This document shows positions 9,754 through 20,008 of a DNA stretch of 64,000 nt, piece after piece. A program made the translations under genes and the position numbers. Source of the stretch: an uncultured delta proteobacterium (lineage in GTDB: Bacteria; Myxococcota_A; UBA9160; SZUA-336); NCBI GenBank assembly GCA_963704165.1, contig CAVPHD010000005.1, forward strand, positions 128,001 through 192,000, written 5' to 3'. The notes below the pieces were generated by a model, which saw only the letters and a program-made list of their open reading frames with translations, ran no database searches and had not been told where the DNA came from. How positions within the stretch are numbered: position 1 is the first letter of the stretch; every line of letters begins with the position of its first letter.

Positions 9754-11175
9754 TTGCCGAGATCCGTAGATCCACTTCGCGCGATCCCGACGGATCACGA
9801 CGCCGAGAAGGCCGTGCTCGGCGCGATCCTTCTCGACAGTGACGCGCTCTTCAAGGTCGCGCACCGACTCGATCCGGCGGCCTTCGACCTGCCTCGACAC
9901 CGAATCGTGTACGAAGCGGTGCGCGAGCTCTCGGAGAAGCAGCAGGGCGTGACCTTGATCACGCTTCGCTCGACGCTCGAGGAGCGCGGCATGCTCGAGC
10001 AAGCCGGCGGGGCGGCGTTCCTCTCGCACCTCCTCGACGCGGTGCCCACGGCGGCGCACGTCGAGCACCATGCCGAGATCGTTCACCAGAAGTCGACGGC
10101 GCGCGCGCTGATCCGCACCTGTGAGCGGATCGCGGCGCGCGGATACGACGCGCAGGAGAGCGTCTCGCACCTGCTCGAGGATGCCGAGCGTGAGGTGCTC
10201 TCGATCGCGATGCACGGAGCGCAACGGGACTTCACCTCCATGAAGGAGGAGATGCAGAGCACGTTCGAGTACATCGAGCGCGTCCAGTCGGGGCAGATCG
10301 TCGGCGTGCGAACGGGCTTCGAGGACTTCGACGTGCTCACCGGTGGGCTCAGCGGCGGAGATCTCGCCATCCTCGCCGCGCGCCCGAGCATGGGAAAGAC
10401 CGCGCTTGCACTGAACATCGCGCGAAATCACGCGATCGACTTCAACGGCTGCGTCGCGTTCTTCTCGCTCGAAATGACCAAACGCGAGCTCGTGTTGCGG
10501 CTCCTTCTCGGCGAGGCGCAAGTAGACAACAGCCGCTTTCGGGGCGGCGTGCTCTCGGACAAGGACTGGCGCCGGCTCACGCAGGCCGCGGGCGTGCTCG
10601 AAAACGCGCGCATCATGTTCGACGACAGCATGGCGGTCACCGTTGGCGACCTTGCCGCAAAGGCGCGCAGGCTCGACCGCGAGCAGAAGCTCTCGCTGCT
10701 CGTGATCGACTATATCCAGCTCGTCTCCGGTCGCGGCAACGGCGAACGGCGCGAGCAGCAGGTGGCCGACATCAGTCGATCGCTGAAGCTGCTCGCGAAG
10801 GATCTCGACATTCCGGTGATCGCGCTCTCGCAGCTGAACCGGGGGCCCGAGAACCGCCCGGACAAGCGTCCGCAGCTCGCGGATCTGCGCGAGTCGGGTG
10901 CGATCGAGCAGGACGCGGATCTGGTGATGTTCGTCTACCGAGACGAGGTCTACGATTCCGAGAGTCCCGACGCCGGCAAGGCCGAGCTGATCATCTCCAA
11001 GCAGCGCAACGGCCCGACCGGTGCGGTGAAGCTGTACTTCGACAAGGAGCACGGCCGCTTCCGGTCGCTCTCGCACCGCACCGACGCACCGCCGCCGGAA
11101 GCGGGATTCGACTCCGGTCCGGCGGATGACTGGGGGCCGGCCAGCGGGCGCGGCGACCTGGAGCCTCCGTTCTGA
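9754..11175 (+). CDS. dnaB: Replicative DNA helicase
   Basis: AEKAVLGAIL, AARPSMGKTA, FSLEM, IDYIQL, LSQLNR, DLRESGAIEQDAD, KQRNGPTG; TTG start; no intein. Confidence 0.97.
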   Translation: MPRSVDPLRAIPTDHDAEKAVLGAILLDSDALFKVAHRLDPAAFDLPRHRIVYEAVRELSEKQQGVTLITLRSTLEERGMLEQAGGAAFLSHLLDAVPTAAHVEHHAEIVHQKSTARALIRTCERIAARGYDAQESVSHLLEDAEREVLSIAMHGAQRDFTSMKEEMQSTFEYIERVQSGQIVGVRTGFEDFDVLTGGLSGGDLAILAARPSMGKTALALNIARNHAIDFNGCVAFFSLEMTKRELVLRLLLGEAQVDNSRFRGGVLSDKDWRRLTQAAGVLENARIMFDDSMAVTVGDLAAKARRLDREQKLSLLVIDYIQLVSGRGNGERREQQVADISRSLKLLAKDLDIPVIALSQLNRGPENRPDKRPQLADLRESGAIEQDADLVMFVYRDEVYDSESPDAGKAELIISKQRNGPTGAVKLYFDKEHGRFRSLSHRTDAPPPEAGFDSGPADDWGPASGRGDLEPPF

Positions 11176-12113
11176 AGCGTCGCGGCGGGGCTCTTCAGCT
11201 GCTGAAACCCCGGGCGCTTCGGCCGGGCGATGCGATCGGTGTCTGCGCACCCTCCGGGCCGGTGAATCCCGAGGTCCTCGACGCGTGCCTGGCCTGGCTC
11301 GCCGCGCAGGGGCATCCGCTCGTGCTCGGGAAGCATCTGCGCGCGCGCGCCGGACATCTCGCGGGGAGCGACGCGGAGCGATTGGAGGACTTGCTGGTGC
11401 TCGTCCGGGATCCGCGCGTCGCCGTGATCCTGTGCGCGCGCGGCGGCTACGGCGTAGGGCGCATCCTGCGCGGCATCCCGGCCGCGGAGCTCCGCGCGTC
11501 CAGAAAACTCGTGGTTGGCTACAGCGACGCGACGCTCCTGCTGTCGTTCCTTCACACGTGCGCCGGGCTCACCTCGTTGCACGGCCCCATGCTCGAGCGC
11601 GAGGACGTCACGGCCGAGGCGCGCGCTCGCCAGCTCGCGCTGATGCGTGGCGAGCCCGCGGGCCTGGCAGCGCTCTTCGGCCGTGCGGTGCGTGCGGGCG
11701 TCGTCGAGGCCCCGCTCGTCGGCGGAAACCTGAAACTGCTGCAGGCGAGCATCGGCACGGAGTGGCAGGTGGATCTGCGCGGCGCCGTCGTCTTCCTCGA
11801 GGAGGTTTCCGAGGCGCCGTACGCGCTCGACCGCGCCCTCGTGCACCTGCGCGACGCGGGCGTGCTCGAGGGGGTGCGCGGTGTCGCGCTCGGTCAGCTC
11901 GTGCGTTGCGAGTCGGAGCGTTACCCTGGCTCGTCGGCGGGCGAGACCGTGCGTGAGATCCTGTCGGACTGCATCGACGGCCCCATCGTCGAGGATCTTC
12001 CATTCGGTCACGTCGCGGACAACCACGCGCTCGGTGTGGGTGTTCGATGTCGCCTGGATGGTGCGCGAGGCGAGCTCAGGCTCCTCGAACCCGTGGTGGA
12101 GGTCGATTCGTGA
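11172..12113 (+). CDS. ldcA: LD-carboxypeptidase (peptidase S66)
   Basis: KPRALRPGDAIGVCAPSGP upstream of the called GTG; ARGGYG, GYSDAT, GGNL, FLEEV, FGH. Start uncertain (CTG at 11172, 11199 or 11202). Confidence 0.88.
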   Translation: MKRRGGALQLLKPRALRPGDAIGVCAPSGPVNPEVLDACLAWLAAQGHPLVLGKHLRARAGHLAGSDAERLEDLLVLVRDPRVAVILCARGGYGVGRILRGIPAAELRASRKLVVGYSDATLLLSFLHTCAGLTSLHGPMLEREDVTAEARARQLALMRGEPAGLAALFGRAVRAGVVEAPLVGGNLKLLQASIGTEWQVDLRGAVVFLEEVSEAPYALDRALVHLRDAGVLEGVRGVALGQLVRCESERYPGSSAGETVREILSDCIDGPIVEDLPFGHVADNHALGVGVRCRLDGARGELRLLEPVVEVDS

Positions 12114-13244
12114 AGCTCGCCGAGGTCAAGCGGCGGCTCGGCAAGGTCGAGCGTGCGATCGAGAAGGCGATCGAGGCCGGTGAACTGCCGGGTGCGGTCG
12201 TGATGGCGCAGATGGGTGAGGAACTCGCCTTCACGCACTTCGCGGGTGCCGCGACGCTCGCCCCCGAACGCATCGAAGTTCGCGAGAACACGATCTACGA
12301 CCTGGCCTCGCTCACCAAGGTCATGGCCACGACGGCCGCGCTGATGCTGCTCGTCGCCGAGCGCCGCGTGGATCTCGATTCGCCCGTCGCGAGCTACCTG
12401 CCGTCGTTCGCGGAACGAGGCAAGGAGAAGATCACCGTACGGCATCTGCTCACGCACAGCTCGGGTCTGCGGCCCTGGCGCGCGTATCACGCGGATCTCG
12501 CCGAGCGCGACCGCCGGCGCGGCGAGCACGTCGTGGGAACACGGGACGGCAAGGCGCGAGATCACGAACCGCGTCGTTGCGCAGCTCGCCGGTTCACGAG
12601 CCGGGCGAGGCGTCGGTCTACGGCGATCTCGACTTCATCGTGCTCGGCGCGCTCGTCGAGTCGCTCGCGGGCGAGGATCTCGACGTCTTCTGCGAGCGCC
12701 GGATCTACCAACCGCTGGGACTGGTCGACACGCGCTTCAACCGGCTGCCCTACGGCGGCGAGCGCGCGCGCTACGCCGCCACCGAGCAGTGTAGCTTGTC
12801 GCGAACGCGTGCTCTGGGGCGAGGTCCACGATCCCAACGCCTGGGCGATGGGCGGGGTGGCGGGCCATGCGGGTCTCTTCGGGACCGCTGCGCGACGTGA
12901 TGCGATTCGGCCAGGAGATGCTCGCGGCCGATCGCGGCGAGAGCGCGATCTTCCCGGCCGAAGTCGCGCGCGAGTTCTTCCGTCGTCAGGAGATCGCACC
13001 GGGAAGCGACTGGGCGCTGGGCTGGGATACGCCGACGCGCGGACAATCGACGTCCGGCGAGCACTTCTCGAAGCGCTCGATCGGGCACACCGGATTCACC
13101 GGCACGAGCCTGTGGATCGACCTCGAGCGCGGCATGGTGATCGTGCTCTTGTCGAATCGAATCCACCTCGTCGCGAAGCGCAGCCGATTCGAGCTTCGCC
13201 CGCAGGTCCACGACCTGATCTGGGAGGCGTTCCTTGCGGCTTGA
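12110..13244 (+). CDS. Beta-lactamase-fold serine hydrolase (AmiE/NamA-like), three apparent frameshifts
   Basis: YDLASLTK (SxxK), LLTHSSGL, YGDLDF, GEVHDPNA...GHAGLF, GHTGFTGTSLWID spread over alternating frames, breaks near 12560-12590, 12795 and 12890. Confidence 0.82.
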
Positions 13245-14666
13245 GGTCCCACCGATCGAGAGCATCCGGCACGTGCATCTGGTGGCGATCTGCGGCACGG
13301 CGATGGGTTCGCTCGCCGCGATGCTGGTCGATCGCGGGTTTCGTGTGACCGGTAGCGACAGCGACGCGTATCCGCCGATGAGCGATCAGCTTCGCGCGGC
13401 CGGGATCGAGGTGCAGAAGGGCTTCGCCCCCGAGCACGTCCTGTCGGACCGTCCCGATCTGGTCGTGATCGGCAACGCCGTCCGTCGCGAGAACCCCGAG
13501 GCGCGCGCGGCCATCGACGGCGGCATCCCGTACGTGTCGTTCTGCGACGCGATCCACCACTTCTTCCTGCGCGGGAAGCACAGCGTGGTGATCACCGGCA
13601 CGCACGGCAAGACCACGACGACGAGCATCGTCGCGTGGATGCTGACGCACGCGGGACGCGATCCTTCGGCGCTGATCGGGGGCGTGTTCGCGAACTTCGC
13701 GGGCAGCTTCCGGCTCGGCGAGGGGCCGGAGTTCGTGATCGAGGGCGACGAGTACGACACCGCGTTCTTCGACAAGACGCCGAAGTTCCTCCACTACGAC
13801 GCGCGCACGCTGCTCGTGACGTCGGTCGAGTTCGACCACGCCGACATCTACGGATCGCTCGATCAGATCCAGGACGCGTTCCGCACGCTCGTCGCGCAAA
13901 TTCCCGACGGACGGCGTGATCATCGCGGCGAGCGACGCCGATTCGGTGCGAGAGGTCCTCGTCGGAGCGAAGGCCAGAGTCGAGGGCTACGGCTTCCGCG
14001 ATGGTGCGGTCTGGCGCGTCTCCGACGTCGCATTCGATCCCGAAGGCACGCAGTTCACCGTCTGGCGCCGCGACGAGCGCGTCGCCCGCGTGCGCATGCC
14101 GATGCACGGCCGACACAACGTCGAGAACGTGCTCGGTGCGATCGCGGTGTGCGCGAGCCTCGGCGTGGCACCCGAAGCCGCTTCGCGCGGCGATGGCCGA
14201 GTTTCGCGGCGTGAAGCGGCGGCAGGAGCTGCGCGGCGAGGCCGGAGGCATGGCGGTGATCGACGACTTCGCCCACCACCCGACGGCGGTACGCGAGACG
14301 GTCGCGGCGATCCGCTCACGCTATCCCGATCGCAAGCTCTGGGCGATCTTCGAGCCGCGCACCAACACGAGCCGCAGGCGATTCTTCGAGAACGACTTCG
14401 CCGACGCGCTCGCGGCCGCGGACGAGGTGATTCTCGCGGGCGTGTTCCGCTCGGACGCGTTGGCCGAGGACGAGCGAATGCGCCCCGAGAAGGTGATCGA
14501 ACGCATTCGCGAGGCGGGGAAGAAGGCGAGCTACCTGGCCGAGGTGGATGAAATCATCGAGCACCTCGTCCGCAACAAGACGGGTCGTGACGTCGCGCTC
14601 GTCATGTCGAACGGCGGCTTCGGCGGAATCTGGGATCGGCTGCTCGCGCGCCTGAAGCAGGCCTAG
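13234..14666 (+). CDS. mpl: UDP-MurNAc:L-Ala-gamma-D-Glu-mDAP ligase, two apparent frameshifts
   Basis: ICGTAMGSLA, YPPMSDQL, GTHGKTTT, EGDEYDTAFFDK, DDFAHHPTA, FEPRTNT, MSNGGFGG; breaks near 13910 and 14175. Confidence 0.9.
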
Positions 14667-14673
14667 ATCGCGG

Positions 14674-15105
14674 CTACTCGGCGACCGTGTCGCCCGAACC
14701 TCCGAAGTCCTTCGGGAAGTCCCGGAACTTCGGCAAGCCGTCGCGGACCGCGAGCACCTTCTCGCCGTAGTGCACGTGAAGCGTCGGCTTGAACGTGAAT
14801 CCGGCGATCGTGCCGGCCGGGACGTCCACCAGCCCGATCGCGGGATGCCCGACCAGAACCGGACTCCCACAGGTCTTGCAGAACTGACGGTGGCTGGCCT
14901 CGGTGCGCTTGATCAGACCCAGATTCCCCGCTCCCTTGACCACGCGGACGTTTCCCGCTGGCCAGAGACTGGCCGCGTGGATCGGGGCGCCGAGCCAGCT
15001 GCGGCAGGAGTCGCAGTGGCAGAACGCCTGGACGTTCGGCTCGCCGTCGAGCTCGAGCTCCACCGCGCCGCAGAAGCAGACGCTCTTGTGTCGAATCGGG
15101 GCCAT
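14674..15105 (-). CDS. GFA (glutathione-dependent formaldehyde-activating)/CENP-V family protein
   Basis: CFCG, CHCDSCR, RQFCKTCGS, HVHYGE, DGLPKF. Confidence 0.9.
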   Translation of the reverse strand: MAPIRHKSVCFCGAVELELDGEPNVQAFCHCDSCRSWLGAPIHAASLWPAGNVRVVKGAGNLGLIKRTEASHRQFCKTCGSPVLVGHPAIGLVDVPAGTIAGFTFKPTLHVHYGEKVLAVRDGLPKFRDFPKDFGGSGDTVAE

Positions 15106-15208
15106 CGGACATCTCCACTTCGAATTCAGGTCGAGACAGGCTACACCCGCCAATCCCGGCCTGCTCGGCTATCCTTCGCGCCCCTACATCGGGAGAGACG
15201 ACGCAGCC

Positions 15209-15766
15209 ATGCAAGCCAACGAGCTCCGACGCGGGATGAACGTCATGATCGACGGTCGCCCGTTCCGTGTTCTCGAATCCGAGATCCGCTCGCCCGGAAA
15301 GGGCCGCGCGTTCATCCAGGTGAAGCTGCGAAGCATCCTCGACGGCACGCAGCGAGAGATCAAGTTCTCGACCGCGGATCAGGTCGAGGAAGCCGCGATC
15401 GAGTCACGCGAGATGGACTACCTGTATTCCGATTCCGACGGCGCGAACTTCATGGACACCGAGAGCTACGAGCAGACGAGCTTGTCGGACGAGGTTCTCG
15501 GCGAGGCGAAGCCCTGGCTCGCGGAAGGCATGAAGTGCTGGGTCGAGACCCTCGACGGGAACCCGATCGGGATCACGCTTCCGAAATCGATCGAGGTCAC
15601 GGTGCGCGAGGCCGAGGCGACACTGAAGGGCCAGACCGCGGCGAAGTCCAGCAAGCCGGCGGTTCTCGAGAACGGTGTCGCGATCCAGGTGCCGTCGTTC
15701 ATCGAGTCCGGTCAGCGCATTCGCGTCGACCCGAGCGAGAAGCGCTATCTCGAGCGCGTGAAGTAG
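15209..15766 (+). CDS. efp: Elongation factor P
   Basis: ANELRRGM, PGKG loop, YLYSD, FMDTESYEQ, KPAVLENG...VPSFI...YLER. Confidence 0.93.
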   Translation: MQANELRRGMNVMIDGRPFRVLESEIRSPGKGRAFIQVKLRSILDGTQREIKFSTADQVEEAAIESREMDYLYSDSDGANFMDTESYEQTSLSDEVLGEAKPWLAEGMKCWVETLDGNPIGITLPKSIEVTVREAEATLKGQTAAKSSKPAVLENGVAIQVPSFIESGQRIRVDPSEKRYLERVK

Positions 15767-16539
15767 CCCAGGCCGAGGATCCGTGCGCCGCCGCCGAGCG
15801 GCATCGCGTTCGCGATGGCACTCGCGACGAAATCCTTCGCACCGCGAACGGCATCGAGAAGCGCCTCGCCGCGCGCGAGCCGCGCCGCGATCGCGGCGGA
15901 GAGCGCGCATCCCGTGCCGTGCACGGGAGCCCCGCCGACGCGCTCGCCGTGAAGCCACGTGACGCCTTCGGGTGTCGCGAGCAGGTCGTCGGCGGGGCCG
16001 TCGGCGTGACCTGCCTTCACGAGCACGGCGTGCGCACCCGCTTCGAGCAGCACCTGTGCCGCCCGAAGGGGATCGCTCTCGCCGGTGAGCGCCTCCGCTT
16101 CGGGCAGGTTCGGGGTCACGAGTGCCGCGCCGGCGACGATGCGCTCGACCAGGCTTCGCCATGCCCGGCGTTCGAGGAGAAACGAGCCGTCACTCGCGCG
16201 CAGAATCGGGTCGACGACACGGGGGATGTCGGCGTAGCGGTCGAGAGTGTTCGCGACGGACAAGAGCACGTCGTCCGAGGCGAGCATTCCGAGCTTGATC
16301 GCCTGGGGGCGGATGTCCGAGAGAAGCATTGCGAGCTGCTCGCCCACGATGTTCGGGAAGACCGGGAGCGTCCGGTGCACGCCCTTCGTCGTCTGCACGG
16401 TGAGCGCGGTCGGCACCGCCATCCCGTGCACGTCGTGGCGCGCGAACACCTGCAGATCCATCTGCAACCCGGCGCCACCGGTCGGATCGGAACCGGCGAT
16501 CGAGAGCGCGATCGCAGGCGCGGCTCGCGTCGTCACCAT
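15745..16539 (-). CDS. thiD: Hydroxymethylpyrimidine/phosphomethylpyrimidine kinase
   Basis: IAGSDPTGGAG, TALTVQ, IKLGML, VDPI, TPNLPEA, HGTGCALS. Confidence 0.93.
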   Translation of the reverse strand: MVTTRAAPAIALSIAGSDPTGGAGLQMDLQVFARHDVHGMAVPTALTVQTTKGVHRTLPVFPNIVGEQLAMLLSDIRPQAIKLGMLASDDVLLSVANTLDRYADIPRVVDPILRASDGSFLLERRAWRSLVERIVAGAALVTPNLPEAEALTGESDPLRAAQVLLEAGAHAVLVKAGHADGPADDLLATPEGVTWLHGERVGGAPVHGTGCALSAAIAARLARGEALLDAVRGAKDFVASAIANAMPLGGGARILGLGYFTRSR

Positions 16540-17702
16540 CTCCGCGCACCGATGGGAACGACCGGGATCTGCGGGGACGACGAGAGCTCGAAGGAGTCGA
16601 TCGGGGCACCCGAGAGGTCGTAGGCGTTCCAGACCAGCCGACCGGGCGAGACATCGAGGATCGCGAAGTGGTGCACGGGCTCGGCGACCGTGATGAAGGG
16701 CCAGCCCGGCGGGATCAATACGGTGTCGAGCGCACCACCCGCGCCACCCACGACCGTGTAGGTGATCCCGTTCTGCACGCCGCGTTGGTAGCAGTGCGCG
16801 TGACCGCTGATCACCAGGTCCACCCCGTACTGCTCGAGAATCGGAACCCAGACGTCCCGGACGTGCGGCTCCCCGTTCCAGCCGGGCTGATCCCAGAGAT
16901 TCGTGTAGGGTGGGTTGTGAAGCACGGCGACGCGGAACTCGGCGTTCTGTGAAGCCGGCGACGCGAGCTCGGCGCGCAGGTAGTCGTCCTGAGCCGGCGC
17001 GACGATGTTCGCGAACAGAAAGACGAATCGCACGCGTCCGATCGTCTCTGCGTACCAGAGCCCGTTCTCGGGAAGCCAGTGGTAGGCGAGGGCGGGAGGT
17101 GAGCTGCCGTCGTGGTTTCCGCGCGCGAGGAGAACCGGTGTGCGCTGGCCCAGATTCTGTGCCGCCGCGAACGGATCGAAGTACTGCGTCTGCCACTCCG
17201 AGAGCACCGCCGCGTTCTGCACCGTGTCGCCGGCGTGTCCGATCACGTCGGGCGCGAAGGGCACGATTCGCTCGAGCACCGACAGGAAACTCGTCCCCGC
17301 GGAATTCTGATTGTCGGAGATCCAAGCCATGCGGAAGCTCGAGTCCGCGAGCGGCGCGGTGCGCACCGGGTAGGTTCCGCTCGTCGTCGGCCCGCTGCGC
17401 ACGCGATAGACGTACGGTGTTCCCGGCGCGAGTCCCGTCGCGATCGCGCGATGCACGAATCGATCCGCCGCAAGGACGATCGTCTCATGCGCGAACACCG
17501 AGTTCTCGGCCGGGCTCGAGATCCCGAAGTCGAGCGCGTTCACCGTCCCGCCGGGATTCGCGTCGGTCTCCCACTGCACGCGAAGCTCGTTCGTTCGAAA
17601 GCTCTGCGGCACCGGCAGCTTGCGGAGAGCCTGAGCGGCGGCCGGCAACGCCGGCAGCAGCGCGAGAACGACCCCCAAGAGCCCTCGGGCGAGGCGATGC
17701 AC
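16533..17702 (-). CDS. Secreted metallophosphoesterase with purple-acid-phosphatase-like N-terminal FN3 domain
   Basis: Signal peptide; ATGLAPGTPYVYRV; SD, HAGD, GNHD, LHNPPY and GHAH metal motifs. Confidence 0.85.
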   Translation of the reverse strand: MHRLARGLLGVVLALLPALPAAAQALRKLPVPQSFRTNELRVQWETDANPGGTVNALDFGISSPAENSVFAHETIVLAADRFVHRAIATGLAPGTPYVYRVRSGPTTSGTYPVRTAPLADSSFRMAWISDNQNSAGTSFLSVLERIVPFAPDVIGHAGDTVQNAAVLSEWQTQYFDPFAAAQNLGQRTPVLLARGNHDGSSPPALAYHWLPENGLWYAETIGRVRFVFLFANIVAPAQDDYLRAELASPASQNAEFRVAVLHNPPYTNLWDQPGWNGEPHVRDVWVPILEQYGVDLVISGHAHCYQRGVQNGITYTVVGGAGGALDTVLIPPGWPFITVAEPVHHFAILDVSPGRLVWNAYDLSGAPIDSFELSSSPQIPVVPIGARRW

Positions 17703-17711
17703 GCCTCTATG

Positions 17712-18044
17712 CTACGCGCTCTTCCCCGGCGGAGGGGCCATCAGGGTCAGCACTACCGCACGTTCGTTCGAATCGTTCAGCAAGCCGTGCACCTCGCCCG
17801 ATGGCGCGATCGCCGCCTCGCCCGCCGCGAGTGTCTTCTCCTCGTGGCCGACGCGCACGCGGACCCGGCCGTGCGTCACCAGATAGACCTTGTCGCAACC
17901 GTCGTGCGCGTGCGGGGTCTGCGACTGGCCGGGCTCCAGACAGTACAGGTCGAGGAAGAACCGCTCCGACGCGAAGAGTCCGACCTTCTGGAGCTTCGCG
18001 GTCGAGAACGACCAGGCCGACTCGCTCCAGCGCGCGACCTTCAT
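17712..18044 (-). CDS. Cupin domain protein
   Basis: LEPGQSQTPHAH...DKVYLV, APSGEVHGL; TGATG overlap with the Mrp stop. Confidence 0.85.
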   Translation of the reverse strand: MKVARWSESAWSFSTAKLQKVGLFASERFFLDLYCLEPGQSQTPHAHDGCDKVYLVTHGRVRVRVGHEEKTLAAGEAAIAPSGEVHGLLNDSNERAVVLTLMAPPPGKSA

Positions 18045-19141
18045 CAGGGCGTGTTGACCCACTCGAGGTTTCCGCCGAGCACGGGCGGCGCCTCGACGGC
18101 GAGCAGCGCCAGCTTGCGCGCCACCCGCCCGGCGATTTCCTGGAACTCGCGCGCGGCGGGGGAGTCGGGCGCGGAGGCGACGGTGGGTTTTCCCGCATCG
18201 CCAGCAGTGACCACGTCGGGCTGAAGCGGCAACCGGCCGATCACTTCGGTACCGAGCTCCTTCGCGGCGCGCTCGCCTCCGCCCTCACCGAAAAGTGTAT
18301 GTCGCTTCTCGCAGCCGTCGCAGACGAAGTAGCTCATGTTCTCGATGATCCCGAGCACCGGTACGTTCACGCGCCGGAACATCTGCAGGCCTTTGCGCGC
18401 GTCGATCAGCGACATCTCCTGCGGCGTCGTCACGATCACCGCTCCGGCCAGCGGCGCGGTCTGGCAGATCGTCAGCGCGGCGTCGCCGGTCCCCGGCGGC
18501 AGGTCGAGGATCAGGTAATCGAGCTCGCCCCACTTCACGTCGGCGAGGAACTGGCGGATCACGCCGTGAACCATCGGGCCGCGCCAGATCACCGGGGAGT
18601 CGTCGCCGGCGAGGAATCCGATCGACATCAGCCGCAGGCCGAGCTTCTGCAGCGGCACGATCTTCTTGTCGGGCGTCACCTGTGGGCGACCGCTGATGCC
18701 GAGCATGAGCGGAATCGAGGGGCCGTAGATGTCGCAGTCGAGCAGGCCGACCTTCGCGCCGGTCGTCGCGAGCGCGACGGCGAGATTGACGGCGACGGTC
18801 GATTTGCCGACGCCGCCCTTGCCGCTCGCGACCGCGATCACGTTCTTCACGGACTCGAGGCCCTCGGGTCGCGCGTGGTTCGTCGATCCGCGCGTCTGCG
18901 AGGTCATCGTCACCTCGACCTCGCGGACACCGGGAAGCCGAGCGACCGCCGCACGGGCGTCCGACTGGAACTTCTCCTTCACCGGGCACGCGGGCGTCGT
19001 CAACTCGATCGCGAACGAGACGCGCCCGCCCTCGACGCGGATGTTCTTGACGAAGCCCAGATCGACGATCGAGCGCTTGAAATCTGGATCCTGGATCGGG
19101 CGGAGGGCGTCGAGGATCTCGGACTCGGAGGGGTTGGCCAT
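18044..19141 (-). CDS. apbC: Mrp/NBP35 (ApbC) iron-sulfur cluster carrier ATPase
   Basis: DPD..SIVDLG, LTTPACP, SGKGGVGKST, DCDIYGPS, WRGPM, DLPPGTGD, ENMSYFVC. Confidence 0.94.
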   Translation of the reverse strand: MANPSESEILDALRPIQDPDFKRSIVDLGFVKNIRVEGGRVSFAIELTTPACPVKEKFQSDARAAVARLPGVREVEVTMTSQTRGSTNHARPEGLESVKNVIAVASGKGGVGKSTVAVNLAVALATTGAKVGLLDCDIYGPSIPLMLGISGRPQVTPDKKIVPLQKLGLRLMSIGFLAGDDSPVIWRGPMVHGVIRQFLADVKWGELDYLILDLPPGTGDAALTICQTAPLAGAVIVTTPQEMSLIDARKGLQMFRRVNVPVLGIIENMSYFVCDGCEKRHTLFGEGGGERAAKELGTEVIGRLPLQPDVVTAGDAGKPTVASAPDSPAAREFQEIAGRVARKLALLAVEAPPVLGGNLEWVNTP

Positions 19142-19242
19142 GTCGTACTCCCTGGCGGGCTGCACAGTTACCAAAGCGTACTTCTTCGTCAAGATTCCCG
19201 CCCGGGGCTCGATACGGCTAGAATCGCCCGCGGGGAGAGGAC

Positions 19243-19581
19243 GTGAGCAAGAGCGCGTACGAGCGCATATGGTCGGTGGTGCGCCGCATTCCCCGGGGCC
19301 GCGTGGCGACCTACGGTCAGGTCGCGCGCATGGCCGGTTTGGCGCGGCATGCGCGGATGGTCGGCTACGCGCTGCACGCGTTGGCCGACGAGACTTCGCG
19401 TTCCGTGCCCTGGCAGCGCGTGGTCAACGCGCAGGGCCGGATCTCCGCGAGATCGTTCGCGGGCAGCGAGATCGACCAGCGCCGACTGCTCGAGCGCGAG
19501 GGCGTGGATTTCGATCCGCGCGACCGCGTCGATCTCGCCCGTTTCGGCTGGCGCCGGACCGCTCCGCGCGGGCGGCGCTAG
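19243..19581 (+). CDS. Alkyltransferase-like (ATL/YbaZ-type) MGMT family protein
   Basis: IPRGRVATYGQVA, ARMVGYAL, PWQRVVN (Trp in place of catalytic Cys), QRRLLEREGV. Confidence 0.9.
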   Translation: MSKSAYERIWSVVRRIPRGRVATYGQVARMAGLARHARMVGYALHALADETSRSVPWQRVVNAQGRISARSFAGSEIDQRRLLEREGVDFDPRDRVDLARFGWRRTAPRGRR

Positions 19582-19583
19582 CG

Positions 19584-20006
19584 TTGGCCGATCTCAAGGA
19601 GCGCGAGAAGGCGCTGCTCGGGCGGCTGTCGCGAAGTCAGAAGCCGATGGCGATCGCGGGAGTGGTCATCGCGCTCCTCGGTGCGGCGTACCTCGTCTGG
19701 GCCGTGACACGCTTCGATCCGTTCGTCGATCCGCGCGAGAACCCGGGCTTCGACTGGCCGGTCGCACGCCTCGCGTTCCTGTTCGAGCGCGGGCAGTTCA
19801 TCGTCGAGAACGCGGTGCCCGAGACGGCGGTCGAGGATCGGCTGCTCCGACGACTGGCGCGGAACATGACCTTCTCTTCCGGCGTCATGGTGCTCTTGCT
19901 GAGGATCGCCATCGGCATGCTCGCGGTGGTCATGGGCTTCGCGATGGTGACGGTCGTGGTCGAGCGTGCGCGCCTGCTCGCGATGATTCGCAGTCTCCGG
20001 GAGTGA
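19584..20006 (+). CDS. Hypothetical membrane protein (two TM segments)
   Basis: TTG start inferred 2 nt after the ATL stop; two hydrophobic stretches; ends 2 nt before the LLM start. Confidence 0.6.
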   Translation: MADLKEREKALLGRLSRSQKPMAIAGVVIALLGAAYLVWAVTRFDPFVDPRENPGFDWPVARLAFLFERGQFIVENAVPETAVEDRLLRRLARNMTFSSGVMVLLLRIAIGMLAVVMGFAMVTVVVERARLLAMIRSLRE

Positions 20007-20008
20007 AC

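Noticed and set aside
15209..15766. EF-P paralogue EfpL/YeiP
   Set aside because: The loop is canonical PGKG with Lys, so it is called efp.
16533..16580. Phosphoesterase C-terminus (QIPVVPIGARRW) as a sorting signal
   Set aside because: No transmembrane helix follows, and thiD starts immediately.
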